Positions 63,251 through 64,000 of a stretch of 64,000 nucleotides of DNA are shown in pieces (within the stretch, counting starts at the first letter, position 1; the number at the start of each line of letters is the position of its first letter). The stretch comes from Octopus vulgaris. Its lineage: Eukaryota. The stretch spans positions 113,832,001-113,896,000 of the forward strand of contig OX597815.1 in NCBI GenBank assembly GCA_951406725.2. Direction: 5' to 3'. The notes under the pieces were generated by a model. The model did no database searches. It was not told where the DNA came from and saw only the letters and a list, made by a program, of their open reading frames with translations. A program made the position numbers and the translations under genes.

Positions 63251-63767
63251 TTCAGTATATAAACTAATCAGAATGGAACAAGTTTAGTCCTTTTAAGATG
63301 AATGGGCTGATAGATTGGCCCAGCATTTTTGTGCAAGAAACAAGATAGATCAGTCTCATATATAATATATACATTATACTTTTTTTTGTCTATTGAGAAT
63401 CAAATACTTTCTTCCAGAATTTTCAATGGGACTCTTATTCTTTTTCTGCCTCATAAAAATAGTTCTGTCTTCTTTGTAATAATATCTTCAATAATCTTCA
63501 TTTCCAGAAGGTTGGATTTGTTGTGTGATTTTTTTTTTTGTTTTCTTTTGGGTTCATTTCATGCATGACAAAATAAATGAAAGAAAAATAAGGATGAGTT
63601 TCCTCATGTCTTTTGTTTGCATAACTATATGTGTTAATGTCTACATGTACATATATGCATGCAGACATGTTTGTATAAACATACCTTTTGAATAAGTTTT
63701 GCCTTGGCTTCTAAAAGTTACCAAGTCTCTCTAGAATATTTTCTGTCTACTTTTACCTCTTCTGTAG

Positions 63768-63844
63768 ATATTCCACTGGAAGCAGTTAGAGAATCTCTAT
63801 TATCGAGAGAAGAAATTTTCTGTGGAGGTTCATGACCCTAAACG
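63768..63844 (+). CDS. FRMD4A: FRMD4-like exon: IFHWKQLENLYYREKKFSVEVHDPK(R)
   Basis: tctgtag acceptor, gtgagt donor; 77 nt, phase 0 to 2. Confidence 0.95.
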
Positions 63845-64000
63845 GTGAGTTACTCTTATATAACATCTTATATTTGTCTTGAAAATAATATTTTCATTGC
63901 ATGGAGCATCTCTGACTGTGGCATGTCTGTTAATAGCTCTCATAGTAGTAGTTGTAGCAGCAGTAGTAATTATAGCAGTAATTTTTTTCTTTTATCAACT

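Overview
Eukaryotic, AT-rich, repeat-dense genomic DNA. The repeat landscape (tRNA-derived SINEs, RTE LINEs with (GAT)n tails, TTAA-flanked MITEs, abundant microsatellites) suggests an octopus or other coleoid cephalopod (inference). The window lies inside one plus-strand gene, an FRMD4A/B-like FERM-domain gene. Nine internal coding exons (732-826, 41011-41100, 46569-46653, 48784-48863, 52759-52842, 54344-54409, 58317-58374, 59209-59295, 63768-63844; 722 nt, about 240 aa) have canonical AG/GT sites and compatible phases. The supplied ORF track misses all of them. The first intron is about 40 kb. Introns hold RTE, CR1-like and other LINE fragments, SINEs, nested piggyBac-like MITEs and a Penelope-like GIY-YIG remnant. 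The best candidate for an undescribed system is a set of non-coding repeats with hammerhead-ribozyme-like cores. The clearest is a 435-bp palindrome (868-1302) made of two head-to-head copies of a tRNA-headed element ending in a minimal Penelope-type hammerhead. A second is a ~346-bp tandem-plus-inverted repeat (60345-61140) with a weaker hammerhead-like core. All calls were made by eye; repeat boundaries are approximate.
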